64,000 nucleotides of DNA, taken from contig CAZMEL010000007.1 of the NCBI GenBank assembly GCA_964565225.1, forward strand, positions 439 to 64,438, written 5' to 3'. The DNA is from an uncultured Thermoanaerobaculia bacterium. Lineage in GTDB: Bacteria; Acidobacteriota; Thermoanaerobaculia; Multivoradales; J023. The position numbers were made by a program, and so were the translations under genes. Position 1 is the stretch's first letter, and each line of letters opens with the position of its first letter. The notes beneath the pieces are model-generated. The model saw nothing but the letters and a program-made list of their open reading frames with translations. It had not been told where the DNA came from and did no database searches. Below, piece after piece: positions 1 through 10,549 of the stretch.

Positions 1-2253
1 CGACAGGCTGGAGACCAGGGCCGTGGCCATGGTGATCCCGGCCGAGGGCCCGTCCTTGGGAATCGCCCCTGCCGGCACGTGAATGTGCAGCTCGCGCTCG
101 AAGCGGTCTTCCTTGATGTGCAACGCCTCGGCATTGGAGCGAGCGTAGGACCACGCCGCACGAGCCGATTCCTTCATCACGTCGCCGAGCTGCCCGGTGA
201 GCACCAAGTCCCCCTTGCCGGGCATGGTGGTCGCCTCGACGAACATGATGTCGCCACCGGTCGGGGTGTAGTACATGCCGGTGGCGATCCCGATCTGGTC
301 GCGGAGAAATTTCTTCTCCGGGTGCACCTTGGGGCGACCCAGGAGCTCGGAGACCCGAGCGGGCACGATCTCCATGGTCTCGCACTCGCGGGCCGCAATC
401 TTTCTCGCCACCTTGCGTGACAGACGCCCGATCTCCCGCTCCAGCTGGCGTACGCCGGCCTCGCGGGTGTATTCGGAGACGACCCGACCCACGCCCTCGT
501 CCGACCAGGTCAGCTGCTCCGGCTCCAGGCCGTTGCGCTCCACCTGGCGCGGAATGAGGTAGTGCCGAGCGATCTCCAGCTTCTCGCCCTCGGTGTAGCC
601 GCCGAACTCGATCATCTCCATGCGGTCGAGCAGCGGCACCGGGATGTTCTGCAGGAAGTTGGCCGTACAGATGAAGAACACCTCGCTGAGGTCGTAGGGA
701 ATGCCGAGGTAGTGATCGGTGAACGAATCGTTCTGGGCCGGATCGAGCACCTCCAGCAAGGCACTCGCCGGATCTCCCTGGAACGACTGCCCGAGCTTGT
801 CGATCTCGTCGAGAAGGAACACCGGGTTCTTGGTGCCCGCCTGCTTCATACCCTTGATGATGCGGCCGGGCATGGCGCCGACGTAGGTCCGCCGATGACC
901 ACGGATATCGGCCTCGTCCCGGGCACCCCCGAGAGAGATCCGCACGTACTTGCGGCCCATGGCGCGGGCGATCGATTTCGCCAGCGAGGTCTTGCCGACG
1001 CCCGGCGGTCCCACGAAGAGAAGAATCGGCGCCTTGTTCACCTCTTCGCCCTTCGTCGCCTTCTCCTCACCGGACGAATGGTCCTCCGTGGGCGCGGAGC
1101 CCGTGGCCGGAGCCTCCGCGGCGGTCTCCTCCACTTTCTCGGAGACTTCCTCTACGGCCTCGGAGCCTGCGGCTTCCGGGGCGCGACCCTGCTGCAGCTG
1201 GCGGACCGCAAGGAACTCCAGGATCCGGTCTTTCACCTCGGCCAGGCCGTAGTGGTCTTCGTCGAGAATCTCCGCTGCCTGCGACTGATCGAGCCGATCT
1301 TCGCTGCGCTCGGACCAGGGGAGCTCGACGACGGTTTCGAGGAAGGTACGGATCACCTGACCTTCCATGGCTTCGCGACCGAGCCGGCTGAGCCGTCGCA
1401 GCTCGCGATCGACCTCCTTGCGCCCCTCGGCCGGCAGGTCGAGAGCGGCCAGCTGCTCGCTCAGCTCTTCGAGCTCGTCTCCTTCTCCGTCTTCACCCAG
1501 CTCCTTCTGGATCGCCTTCATCTGCTCGCGCAGAAACATCTCCTTCTGACGATCCCCGAGCTCTTCCTGCACTTTGCTCTTCAGATCTTCCTGGGCGTCC
1601 AGGACGTCGATCTGGCGCTGCACGTGGATCAGGACCCGGCGCAACCGCTCCTCGACCGAAAGGGTCTCCAGCAGGGTCTGCCGGTCGACATGGGGAATCT
1701 CCAGATAACCGGCCACCATGTCGGCGAGGCGCCCTGGCTCTTCGATCCCGCCCAGCACCTGGCGCACGGTTTCCTCCGCCAGACCCGATTTCTGCCCGAG
1801 CTCGGCCGCCCGAATTCGGGCCTCGCGATGGAGCGCAAGGTAGGCCGGGTCGTCGAGAGCTCCCGGCGGCATTTCCTCGACCTCGCGGACGGAGGCCTGG
1901 AGGAAACCATCCTCTGCCTTCTCGAAACGCACGGCGAGCCCTCGCATCTGGCCGTGCAGCAATACCTGGTAGCCGGCGAGGGAACGTTGCACCTGCTCGA
2001 CCCGAGCAATGGTGCCCATGGTGTAGAGCTCGTTGTCGTTCACTTCCCGAGTGTTCTGACGCTGAGCAACCGTCAGCACCAGCTGCTCGGGCTGATTCAT
2101 CACCGATTCCAGGGCCCGCAAGGTACCGGGCCGGCCCGCGGCGATGGTCTTGGTAACCCCCGGGAACAGAACCAGATCCCGGAGGGGAATGACCGGAAGC
2201 ACTAATAGATCTGACATGAGCTTTGAATCCTCGTCATGGGGCACACGGCTCAT
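1..2253 (-). CDS. lon: Lon (La) ATP-dependent protease, 3' end beyond the window
   Basis: Hand-translated, not in the ORF track: N-domain [14 protein letters not shown], Walker [23 protein letters not shown], Walker B FLLDEIDK, catalytic PKDGPSAG. Alternative in-frame ATG at 2217. Confidence 0.97.
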   Translation of the reverse strand, partial: MSRVPHDEDSKLMSDLLVLPVIPLRDLVLFPGVTKTIAAGRPGTLRALESVMNQPEQLVLTVAQRQNTREVNDNELYTMGTIARVEQVQRSLAGYQVLLHGQMRGLAVRFEKAEDGFLQASVREVEEMPPGALDDPAYLALHREARIRAAELGQKSGLAEETVRQVLGGIEEPGRLADMVAGYLEIPHVDRQTLLETLSVEERLRRVLIHVQRQIDVLDAQEDLKSKVQEELGDRQKEMFLREQMKAIQKELGEDGEGDELEELSEQLAALDLPAEGRKEVDRELRRLSRLGREAMEGQVIRTFLETVVELPWSERSEDRLDQSQAAEILDEDHYGLAEVKDRILEFLAVRQLQQGRAPEAAGSEAVEEVSEKVEETAAEAPATGSAPTEDHSSGEEKATKGEEVNKAPILLFVGPPGVGKTSLAKSIARAMGRKYVRISLGGARDEADIRGHRRTYVGAMPGRIIKGMKQAGTKNPVFLLDEIDKLGQSFQGDPASALLEVLDPAQNDSFTDHYLGIPYDLSEVFFICTANFLQNIPVPLLDRMEMIEFGGYTEGEKLEIARHYLIPRQVERNGLEPEQLTWSDEGVGRVVSEYTREAGVRQLEREIGRLSRKVARKIAARECETMEIVPARVSELLGRPKVHPEKKFLRDQIGIATGMYYTPTGGDIMFVEATTMPGKGDLVLTGQLGDVMKESARAAWSYARSNAEALHIKEDRFERELHIHVPAGAIPKDGPSAGITMATALVSSLS

Positions 2254-2419
2254 CGGTGATCCGCCGCCTATGTTCTTGAGAACGTCCGAGAGCGCATTCA
2301 TATTCCGGAGCCTCCCCCGCCAGCCGAGAGGGCCGTGGGAATCGGCAGAACGGCGTGGTAGATTGCGCTGCATTTTCGTACCCGTAGCACCACCACGCCG
2401 ACCCACCGGAGACCAGCCC

Positions 2420-3421
2420 ATGGCCTTCAATCTGCGACACCGGAATTTCCTCAAGCTCGAAGACTTCACCTCCCAGGAAATCCGTTTCCTGCTCGACCTC
2501 TCCAGGGACCTCAAACGGGCCAAATACAGTGGAACGGAACAGCCCAGGTTGCGGGGTAAGAACATCGCCCTGATCTTCGAGAAGACCTCGACCCGAACCC
2601 GCTGCGCCTTCGAGGTCGCCGCCTACGACCAGGGCGCCCACGTCACCTACCTCGGACCCGGTGGCTCGCAGATCGGGCACAAGGAGTCGATGAAGGACAC
2701 CGCGCGGGTGCTGGGACGAATGTACGACGGCATCGAGTATCGCGGCTTCGCCCAATCGGTGGTCGAAGAGCTGGGAGCCCACGCCGGAGTGCCGGTGTGG
2801 AACGGCCTGACCGACGAATTCCACCCCACCCAGATCCTGGCCGATGTGTTGACCATGATCGAGCACTGCGACAAGCCGCTCGACCAGATCTCCTTCGCCT
2901 ACCTCGGCGACGCCCGCAACAACATGGGCAACTCGCTGATGGTCGGCGGCACCAAGCTCGGTATGGACGTACGTCTGGTGGCGCCCGATGCCTGCTGGCC
3001 GGAAGAAGAGCTCACGGCTCGTTGCCGCGGATACGCCGAGGCGTCCGGCGCCCGCCTCACCATTACCGACGACGTGGCGCGCGGCGTCGAGGGTTGCGAC
3101 TTCGTCTACACCGATGTCTGGGTCTCCATGGGCGAGCCGGAATCGAAGTGGGCAGAGCGCATCGAGCTCCTGCGCCCGTACCAGGTGAACCGCCGGGTCA
3201 TGGAGCTCACCGGCCAGCCGAAGGCCAAGTTCCTTCACTGCCTGCCGGCCTTTCACGATCGCCACACCACCGTTGGCGAGAAGATGTTCGAGCAACACGG
3301 GCTCGACGGCATGGAGGTGACCGACGAGGTCTTCGAATCGCCCGCTTCCGTGGTCTTCGACCAGGCGGAGAACCGAGTCCACACCATCAAGGCCGTTTTG
3401 GTCGCAACGCTCGGCGACTGA
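2420..3421 (+). CDS. arcB: Ornithine carbamoyltransferase, catabolic ArcB type
   Basis: [11 protein letters not shown] start, STRTR carbamoyl-phosphate motif, HPTQ, SMG and HCLP motifs; adjacent to carbamate kinase. Confidence 0.95.
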   Translation: MAFNLRHRNFLKLEDFTSQEIRFLLDLSRDLKRAKYSGTEQPRLRGKNIALIFEKTSTRTRCAFEVAAYDQGAHVTYLGPGGSQIGHKESMKDTARVLGRMYDGIEYRGFAQSVVEELGAHAGVPVWNGLTDEFHPTQILADVLTMIEHCDKPLDQISFAYLGDARNNMGNSLMVGGTKLGMDVRLVAPDACWPEEELTARCRGYAEASGARLTITDDVARGVEGCDFVYTDVWVSMGEPESKWAERIELLRPYQVNRRVMELTGQPKAKFLHCLPAFHDRHTTVGEKMFEQHGLDGMEVTDEVFESPASVVFDQAENRVHTIKAVLVATLGD

Positions 3422-3449
3422 ACGCCGACTCCGCAGGAGACTCTGCAAA

Positions 3450-4376
3450 ATGCGTATCGTAGTCGCGCTCGGCGGCAATGCCCTCCTGCAGAGAGGGCAA
3501 GCCATGACCGCCTCCAACCAGCGGAAGAACGTTCGAATCGCAGCACGGTCTCTGGCGCCTCTGGCCGAGAAACACGAGCTGGTCATCTCCCATGGCAACG
3601 GCCCTCAGGTCGGTCTGCTGGCGCTGCAGGCCGCGGCTTTCAGCGATGTCGAGCCCTACCCGCTGGACGTCCTCGGAGCACAGACCGAAGGCATGATCGG
3701 CTACATGATCGAACAGGAGCTCGGCAACCTCATGCCGGTGGAGCAACCCTTCGCTACCATCCTCACGATGGTGGAGGTCGACCCCGAAGATCCCGCTTTC
3801 GACAAACCGAGCAAGCCGATCGGCCCGGTGTACACGAAGGAAGAGGCCGAGAAGCTGTCCAGGGAACGGGGGTGGGACATCGCTCCCGACGGCACCCACT
3901 TCCGGCGGGTGGTGCCTTCCCCGCAGCCGCGGCGGATCTTCGAGCTCCGTCCCGTGCAATGGCTGCTCGAAAAAGGAGTGATCGTCATTTGTACCGGTGG
4001 AGGCGGGATTCCTACGAAATTCCAGCCGGACGGCACCTTGGCAGGTGTCGAGGTGGTGATCGACAAAGATCGGGCCAGCGCTCTGCTCGCCCGTGAGCTC
4101 GGCGCCGATCTCCTGATCATGGCGACCGATGCCGATGGGGTCTACGTGGACTGGGGCCGCATCACCGCTCGCAAGATCGACCGGACCACACCCGAGGAGC
4201 TGATGCGCTACGATTTCGCCAGCGGCACCATGGCTCCGAAGGTCGAAGCCGCCTGTACATTCGTGAGCGAAACCGGGAAGAGGGCTGCCATCGGCGCTCT
4301 CGAAGATCTCGAAGCAATCGTCGACCGGGCGGCCGGAACCAACATCGAGAGCCCAGACGAGAAGGATGAGCGATGA
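3450..4376 (+). CDS. arcC: Carbamate kinase
   Basis: [31 protein letters not shown] and GTMAPKVEA motifs. Confidence 0.96.
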   Translation: MRIVVALGGNALLQRGQAMTASNQRKNVRIAARSLAPLAEKHELVISHGNGPQVGLLALQAAAFSDVEPYPLDVLGAQTEGMIGYMIEQELGNLMPVEQPFATILTMVEVDPEDPAFDKPSKPIGPVYTKEEAEKLSRERGWDIAPDGTHFRRVVPSPQPRRIFELRPVQWLLEKGVIVICTGGGGIPTKFQPDGTLAGVEVVIDKDRASALLARELGADLLIMATDADGVYVDWGRITARKIDRTTPEELMRYDFASGTMAPKVEAACTFVSETGKRAAIGALEDLEAIVDRAAGTNIESPDEKDER

Positions 4377-4825
4377 ACGTCGACCAGATCATGTCCGCTC
4401 CCGTGATCACGCTTTCGCCCGAGAGCACGGTTCGCGAAATCGCGGCCGTCTTCGCCGAGAATCGGATCAGCGGAGCGCCGGTGGTCGGCGAAGCGGGGGA
4501 GCTGCTCGGCATCATCAGCGAATCCGACCTCTTGCCGAAGAGCAAGAGGCTCCCCTTTTCTCGGATCCGGATTCCCACGCTATTCGAGGGCTTGCCAGAT
4601 GGTGAGACCCTGGACGAGATGTTCGCCAAGGCCGCCGGCAAGACCGCCGATTCGGTGATGACGGAGCATCTCGTGACGATCCCTCCGAGCACCCCTGTCG
4701 CCGAAGCGGCACTGCTGATGCGAGACGAAGGGATCAAGCGAATCCCGGTGGTGGATGCCGGGAAACTGGTGGGGATCCTCACCCGCTCCGACCTGGTGCA
4801 GGCGATCTACAAGATGACTCGATGA
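4373..4825 (+). CDS. CBS-pair domain protein
   Basis: Two CBS repeats ([16 protein letters not shown]; [15 protein letters not shown]); ATGA overlap with arcC. Confidence 0.9.
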   Translation: MNVDQIMSAPVITLSPESTVREIAAVFAENRISGAPVVGEAGELLGIISESDLLPKSKRLPFSRIRIPTLFEGLPDGETLDEMFAKAAGKTADSVMTEHLVTIPPSTPVAEAALLMRDEGIKRIPVVDAGKLVGILTRSDLVQAIYKMTR

Positions 4826-4864
4826 TTCATCCGCAGGGTGGTAGAGGATCTCCGGGGATCTCCG

Positions 4865-7081
4865 TCAGAAGGTCCGGCCCATCACCAGGAAGTACCGCTC
4901 GCGCCCACCTTCTCCCCGACTGAAACCCATCGTCAGCGGCCCCAGCAGAGTTTCCGCACCCACGAAGATCGAGCCGCCCCACAAGAGATCTTCACCCACC
5001 TGAGACGACCTCTGCCAGACATTGCCGATCTCCCACCATCCGCCGAAGAACACACCTTCTCCCAGCGCGCTCGGAAGCTCGGCGATCCGGTACGAGTAGA
5101 GCCATCCCACGTAGCCGAGCTCCTGCCCGCGGAGCTCGTCGACCCCCAGGAAGCCCAGTCGGAACGGGCCTCCTAGCCGAAGCTGCTCTTCGAACAGCAG
5201 GTCGCTGCCCAGGGAGCTCTCCACCAGCAGCCGAAGACCCACGGTGTGACGCCCGCGAGAGGTGAACCCGCCCAGATCCAGACGCCCCCGCTCATACTCG
5301 CGGTCTGCGCCCAGAGAATCCAGGGAAGAGAGGAGATCGAAGCGCAGGAAGAACCCGCGACCGGGGAAGGAGGGTCGGTCCAGGGTGTCGAGCCGAAGTA
5401 GCGCTCGGAAACCCCCGAGGTCGTAGGATCTCCCGGAGACTCCTGGAAAGAGATCCGAGATCTCGGGATCCGGAGACGGGTCACGCCGGCCGCCGAACAC
5501 CCCGGCCCGCAGCTCGCCATGGGCCCCCAGCTCGAGCCCCAGGTCGACCTGCCAGAAGAGCTCTTCGAGCTCCAGATCCTCCGAGCGCCTTCCTTCGCTC
5601 CAGACCCCCTGGTGCCACCGCTGCCAGCCCACCGCGGGCGCGACGAAGAGGCGGCGAGAGAACATCAAGGGCTGGTACAGCTCGCTCCGGAGGCCGAAAT
5701 CGGTACCGAGCTGCAGGTCGTTGCGCCACTCCCCGCCACGAGGATTGAGCCGCCGAGTGGTCAGGCCGAAAGACGCCGCGGCGGCCGTGCGCGATTCCAG
5801 GTCACTCTCGACGCCTAGACCCAGGCGCAGAGTCGTCCGCTCCCGCTCCTTCTCTGCGACCCGCAGGGCCAGGCCTCGTTCGCCCGATTCTTCGATCAGC
5901 TCGAAGGTCACGGCTCGAAACTCTTCGAGCGCATAGATCCTCTGCAGATCGGCATCCAACACGTCGAGGTCCAGCGGCTCCCCTGCCCTCGTACGCAGCA
6001 GAGACCGCACCACCCGCTCGTCGACCCGAGCACAACCTTCGATGCGCAGAAAGGCCAGCGCGTCTCCCGGCAACTCGAGAGAACGGGGGGCGGTGGCGCT
6101 CCTGCGATTCGGGCCGAGCAGGCGTGAGAGATCCGCCCTTCGGGCATCGGCGGCGGCGTATCCGGCGTCGACCAGGCTGCGTGCCTGACGAAAGCTCAGG
6201 ACCCCGAAGCCTTCGAGATCGGGCACGATCACCAGGTCGGCCGATTCGAGCTGCGGCTCCATGTTGTTGCGGGTCAGGAAGCTCACGGTCTGCGCCAGGA
6301 TGCCGAAGGCGGTCTGGAGGTCTTCCCGCCCCAGCAAAGGCTCGCTGATGTCGACCGCGATCACCAGATCCGCCCCCATCTCGCGCACCACGTCGACCGG
6401 GAGATTGTTGGCGATCCCCCCGTCGGCCAGGAGCCGGCCGCCCAGCTCCACGGGTGTGAACATGCCCGGAATCGCCAGGCTGGCACGGATCGACTCGGCG
6501 AGATCGCCTTCCGCCAACACCACCTGTTCCCCGGTTTCGAGATCGGCGGCGACCGCTCGGAACGGAATCGGCAAGCGCGAGAAGTCGGTGACCCCAGCGG
6601 CCGGTGCCAGCAGCAGGCGCAGCATGGACTCGAGCTTCTGCCCCGAGAGCAATCCTCCCCGCAACGCGAGACCGTCCTCACCAATGCCGAGCCGCAGGGC
6701 GGTGCGGTAGAAGTCCTGCTCTTCTTTTCGGCGAAACGGGAGCTGGCGATACCGCACCTGGTCTCTGAGGGCATCTCGCCAGTCGAGCTCCACCGCCAGG
6801 CTCTCGATCTCGTCGAGCGGCACGCCGGCCGCGTAGAGTCCACCCACCACCGACCCCATGCTGGTGCCGGCGATGTAGTCGATCGCCACTCCTTCCTCTT
6901 CCAGCACCCGCAACACTCCGACATGAGCCAGGCCTCGGGCGCCTCCACCACTGAGCGCCAGACCTACTCTCTTTGCAATGTCGGAAGGTCGGGCCGCCTC
7001 GGCGCCGGCTGCACCAGCCACGAGCAGGAGACCGAGAAACAGGCTCCCGAACCGGCATGAAAGACGACGAACAATCGACAT
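4865..7081 (-). CDS. PlpD-like patatin phospholipase with POTRA and outer-membrane beta-barrel (type Vd autotransporter)
   Basis: Signal-peptide-like N-terminus, LSGGGARG, GTSMG (GxSxG), DGG, then a POTRA-like segment and a barrel ending in Phe (GRTF). Start chosen at MSIVRR. Confidence 0.85.
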   Translation of the reverse strand: MSIVRRLSCRFGSLFLGLLLVAGAAGAEAARPSDIAKRVGLALSGGGARGLAHVGVLRVLEEEGVAIDYIAGTSMGSVVGGLYAAGVPLDEIESLAVELDWRDALRDQVRYRQLPFRRKEEQDFYRTALRLGIGEDGLALRGGLLSGQKLESMLRLLLAPAAGVTDFSRLPIPFRAVAADLETGEQVVLAEGDLAESIRASLAIPGMFTPVELGGRLLADGGIANNLPVDVVREMGADLVIAVDISEPLLGREDLQTAFGILAQTVSFLTRNNMEPQLESADLVIVPDLEGFGVLSFRQARSLVDAGYAAADARRADLSRLLGPNRRSATAPRSLELPGDALAFLRIEGCARVDERVVRSLLRTRAGEPLDLDVLDADLQRIYALEEFRAVTFELIEESGERGLALRVAEKERERTTLRLGLGVESDLESRTAAAASFGLTTRRLNPRGGEWRNDLQLGTDFGLRSELYQPLMFSRRLFVAPAVGWQRWHQGVWSEGRRSEDLELEELFWQVDLGLELGAHGELRAGVFGGRRDPSPDPEISDLFPGVSGRSYDLGGFRALLRLDTLDRPSFPGRGFFLRFDLLSSLDSLGADREYERGRLDLGGFTSRGRHTVGLRLLVESSLGSDLLFEEQLRLGGPFRLGFLGVDELRGQELGYVGWLYSYRIAELPSALGEGVFFGGWWEIGNVWQRSSQVGEDLLWGGSIFVGAETLLGPLTMGFSRGEGGRERYFLVMGRTF

Positions 7082-7179
7082 CGGGCTCTCGCTCTCTCCT
7101 GCAGAATCCGTGGAAAGTCGTGACATCATATCGGCGCTCGAATCGCCCGACCCTCGAGAGACCGAGAGAACCGAGACAT

Positions 7180-7725
7180 ATGCTGTTGGAAAAAGCCAGA
7201 TCCTGCCTGTTGGTCGTCGATATCCAGGAACGACTCCTGCCCGCCATTCATGAAGCCGAGCGAGTGGTCGAGAACACCGGCTGGCTGCTGGACATCGCAA
7301 GCGAGCTGCAAGCTCCGATCGTGGCCTCGGAACAATACCCCAAGGGCCTCGGCCACACGGCGCCGGTTCTGCGGGAGCGGATTCCCGAGGGCGCCCTGGC
7401 CGAGAAGGTCCACTTCTCCTGCGCCGAATCGCCCGAATGCCGCAAGCTCCTCGAGGGACGTGGGATCTCGCAGGTAGTGATCACCGGCATGGAGGCCCAT
7501 GTCTGCGTGCTGCAGAGCGCGATCGGCCTGACCCGGCGCGGCTTCGAGGTCTACGTGGTCGCCGACGCGGTCTCGTCGCGGCGAGCCTCGGACGCAGAGC
7601 TCGGGCTGGCGCGCATGCGCTCGGCCGGGGTGCACATCGTAAGTCGCGAGATGGTGGCCTTCGAGTGGCTGCACCGCGCCGGAACCGAGACCTTCCGCGC
7701 CATCAGCAAGCGGTTTCTCCGCTGA
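7180..7725 (+). CDS. Isochorismatase-family (YcaC-like) cysteine hydrolase
   Basis: LLVVDIQERL, SEQYPKGLGHT, K..FSC and GMEAHVCV motifs. Confidence 0.9.
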   Translation: MLLEKARSCLLVVDIQERLLPAIHEAERVVENTGWLLDIASELQAPIVASEQYPKGLGHTAPVLRERIPEGALAEKVHFSCAESPECRKLLEGRGISQVVITGMEAHVCVLQSAIGLTRRGFEVYVVADAVSSRRASDAELGLARMRSAGVHIVSREMVAFEWLHRAGTETFRAISKRFLR

Positions 7726-7743
7726 TCCCGAGCCGGTCTCGAA

Positions 7744-8904
7744 ATGAGCTTCCGACAGCCGTTCCTCAGCTCCCGGCTACAGGGCTTCGGCACCAACGTC
7801 TTTACCGAGATCACCCTGCTGGCCCAGCGCCACGACGCGGTGAATCTCGGCCAGGGATTTCCCAACTTCGACGGCCCGGATGGCATCAAAGAAGCCGCCG
7901 TTCGTGCGATCCGCGGCGGGCACAACCAGTACTGCCGAATGTTCGGGACCCCCGAGCTCAACCGCGCCATCGCCGCCCATCAAGAACGTTTCTACGGCCT
8001 CACCTTCGATCCCGAGCGGGAGATCACTGTCTACAACGGGGCCACCGAGGCGATCTTCGCCACGCTCCAGGCACTTCTCGAGGTCGGCGACGAGGTGATC
8101 TTCTTCGAGCCCTATTACGACTCCTACCGGGCGAGCGTTGCGATGGCGGGCGCCGTCGAGAAGGTCGTCACCCTCGAGGCGCCGCATTTCCGCTACGACC
8201 CGGCAGCCCTCGAACGAGCCATCGGCCCCAAGACGCGGCTGATTCTGCTCAACACACCCCACAACCCCACGGGCAAGGTGTTCACGGCTCCGGAGCTGAA
8301 GCACATCGCCGGCCTGGCGAAGCAGCACGATCTGCTGGTAGTGACCGACGAGGTCTACGAGCACCTGGTCTACGACGGTGAGCACCTGCCCCTGGCCGGT
8401 CTCGAAGGAATGCGGGAACGCACCATCACTCTCTCGTCGACCGGCAAGACCTTCAGCTTCACCGGCTGGAAGATCGGCTACTCCTGCGCCCCGCCGGAGA
8501 TCACCGCGGCCCTGCGGACCGCGCACCAGTTCATCACCTTCTGCAACAGCGCACCCTTCCAGCCCGCTCTGGCCGAGGCTCTCGCCGCGGAAGACGAGTT
8601 CTACGAGCAGCTGCTCGCCGAGTATCGAGAGCGCCGGGATCTGCTCTGCCAGGGTCTCGAGGCGGTGGGCTTCGGTGTCGAAGCCCCCGCCGGCACCTAC
8701 TTCGTGCTCGCCGACATCCGCCCTCTCGGCTACGACGACGACGTGGAGTTCTGCCGCATGTTGCCTCGGAAGGTGGGGGTCGCGGCGATACCTCCGACCG
8801 CGTTCTACACCAACAAGGAAGCCGGCCGGCACCTCGTGCGGTTCGCGTTCTGCAAGACCCACGACGTGCTGGCCGAAGCCGTCGAACGGCTCGGCAGGTT
8901 GTGA
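7744..8904 (+). CDS. PLP-dependent class I aminotransferase (YbdL / glutamine transaminase K-like)
   Basis: NLGQGFPNF, NTPHNPTGK, DEVYEH and STGKTFSFTGWKIG (PLP lysine). Confidence 0.92.
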   Translation: MSFRQPFLSSRLQGFGTNVFTEITLLAQRHDAVNLGQGFPNFDGPDGIKEAAVRAIRGGHNQYCRMFGTPELNRAIAAHQERFYGLTFDPEREITVYNGATEAIFATLQALLEVGDEVIFFEPYYDSYRASVAMAGAVEKVVTLEAPHFRYDPAALERAIGPKTRLILLNTPHNPTGKVFTAPELKHIAGLAKQHDLLVVTDEVYEHLVYDGEHLPLAGLEGMRERTITLSSTGKTFSFTGWKIGYSCAPPEITAALRTAHQFITFCNSAPFQPALAEALAAEDEFYEQLLAEYRERRDLLCQGLEAVGFGVEAPAGTYFVLADIRPLGYDDDVEFCRMLPRKVGVAAIPPTAFYTNKEAGRHLVRFAFCKTHDVLAEAVERLGRL

Positions 8905-8934
8905 TCTCGAAGAGAGATCCGGAAGGAGAGCCCC

Positions 8935-9702
8935 GTGAGAATCGCCGCCCTTCAGAGCGACATCGTCTGGGAAGACCCACCCGCCAATTTCGCCCGCCTG
9001 CGCCCCTGGATTCGGGCCGCCGCGGCGGCAAAAGCCCGCATGCTCTTGCTGCCGGAGATGTACGCCTGTGGCTTCTCCATGGCCACCGAAAAGATCCGTG
9101 AGCCGGTCGACGGGCCGAGCACCCGGTTCCTCTGCGAGCAGGCGGCCGAGCACGGCTTGTGGATCGGCGGCTCCCTCCCCGAGACCCCAGCCGGCGCCGA
9201 ACGCCCCACCAACACGTTCTTGCTGGCCGGGCCGGAGGGAGAGACGGTCCGCTACCGTAAGATCCACCCTTTCACGTATGCCGGGGAAGATCGCCACTAC
9301 GAAGCCGGGACCGACTTCGTGACGGTGGAGATCGAAGGCCTCCGCTGCACGCTTTTCGTGTGCTACGACCTGCGCTTCGCCGACGAGTTCTGGGCCACGG
9401 CGCCAGGGACCGACGCCTACTTCGTGGTGGCCAACTGGCCCGAGACCCGCCGCCACCACTGGACTTCCCTGCTCACCGCACGGGCGATCGAGAACCAGGC
9501 CTATGTCGTGGGAGTAAACCGTGTGGGCCGGGGCGGTAAGCTCGACTACACCGGCGACAGCCGGATCCTCGATCCCATGGGCCGCACTCTCGCGGCCGGA
9601 GCCGAGCAAGAGACCCTCCTGCTCGCCGACCTCGATTCCGAGCTCGTCCGCGAGACTCGCGAGAGCCTGCCATTCCTACCCGACCGGCGAGGGTCCGGGT
9701 AG
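8935..9702 (+). CDS. Nitrilase / omega-amidase family carbon-nitrogen hydrolase
   Basis: E-K-C triad in LPEMY, YRKIHPF and VCYDLRF; ARAIENQAYV motif. Confidence 0.9.
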   Translation: MRIAALQSDIVWEDPPANFARLRPWIRAAAAAKARMLLLPEMYACGFSMATEKIREPVDGPSTRFLCEQAAEHGLWIGGSLPETPAGAERPTNTFLLAGPEGETVRYRKIHPFTYAGEDRHYEAGTDFVTVEIEGLRCTLFVCYDLRFADEFWATAPGTDAYFVVANWPETRRHHWTSLLTARAIENQAYVVGVNRVGRGGKLDYTGDSRILDPMGRTLAAGAEQETLLLADLDSELVRETRESLPFLPDRRGSG

Positions 9703-9753
9703 AGCTGAAGGGCGTCAGCTCAACCCTGTCGGATTGGGCCTCCGGTTCCGAAA

Positions 9754-9894
9754 GAGTCGGTGTTCCTGGAGCCAGGTCGAGCGGGTCAGAGAGGGCCGTG
9801 CCGAAGGAGCCTCCGGAACACAGCGCCAGGAGAGGCCTCGAAGCCACACGCGGCGTCGCGACCCTTCGAGACCTGGAGGAAGGAACGCCGACTC
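9754..9894. repeat. 141-bp imperfect palindrome between convergent genes
   Basis: GAGTCGGTGTTCCT/AGGAACGCCGACTC (14 bp, one G-U on +), then CCAGGTC/GACCTGG and GGGTC/GACCC nested. Confidence 0.65.
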
Positions 9895-9923
9895 GCCCCC
9901 GAGATCGAACCCTACGACGTGAA

Positions 9924-10412
9924 TCAGGAGGAACGAGCGCGCTGCAGGTTCCGCTCCAGTGTGCGACGACTGACCAGCCCGTGGTGAATGCTGACCACCT
10001 CGAGCGATGCGTCGAGCACCAGGGTGTAGGGAATGGCCCAACCTTCGAATTTCTCGAAGACCTCCGAGCCGTCGAGCAGCACCGTGTAGTCGATCCCGTG
10101 GCGCTCGACGAAGGAGCGCACGACCTCTTCCCCCTGCTCGTCGAGGGAAATCGCAACGACCTCGGCCTCACCGCTGCGATCGACTTCCTTGAGGGCCGGT
10201 ATCTCCTTGGTACAAGGCCCACACCAGGTGGCCCAGAAGTTGATTACCACCGGTTTGCCCTCGAGGCTGTCGCGATCCACCGACTGGCCATCGAGGCCGA
10301 CAAGCTCGAAATCGGGAACGGTATGCCCTTTCCGGACGGTACCTGGCTCGCCACAACCGAGCATTGCCAGCAGTAGAAACACGGGGAGGAGCACGGGTCG
10401 AAGCTTGGGCAT
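9924..10412 (-). CDS. TlpA/ResA-like thiol-disulfide oxidoreductase, lipoprotein
   Basis: Lipobox MLGC; INFWATWCGPC thioredoxin motif. Confidence 0.92.
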   Translation of the reverse strand: MPKLRPVLLPVFLLLAMLGCGEPGTVRKGHTVPDFELVGLDGQSVDRDSLEGKPVVINFWATWCGPCTKEIPALKEVDRSGEAEVVAISLDEQGEEVVRSFVERHGIDYTVLLDGSEVFEKFEGWAIPYTLVLDASLEVVSIHHGLVSRRTLERNLQRARSS

Positions 10413-10549
10413 GAATTTCGGCTTTCGGTGAGGCGGCGCGGGATGGATCGACGTCTTGCGCCTTTTCCGAAATCTTACCACCGCCTCGGAAACCGCTACC
10501 GAAGCTGCTCTTCGAATCCTGCACGGGATCGAAATCCGACCACGTAGAG

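Noticed and set aside
562-2205. 547-aa + strand ORF, and similar long ORFs such as 12766-15207, 14517-16709, 18255-20585, 41661-42965 and 57026-59083
   Set aside because: Antisense or alternative-frame shadows of clearly identifiable genes (lon, tex, vWA, ppk1, rph/kynA), which is typical of high-GC DNA; no recognisable motifs.
9715-10041. Small ORFs in the nitrilase-TlpA gap (9715-10041 minus, 9760-9987 plus)
   Set aside because: No RBS or motifs, and they overlap tlpA; the gap is better explained by the palindrome.
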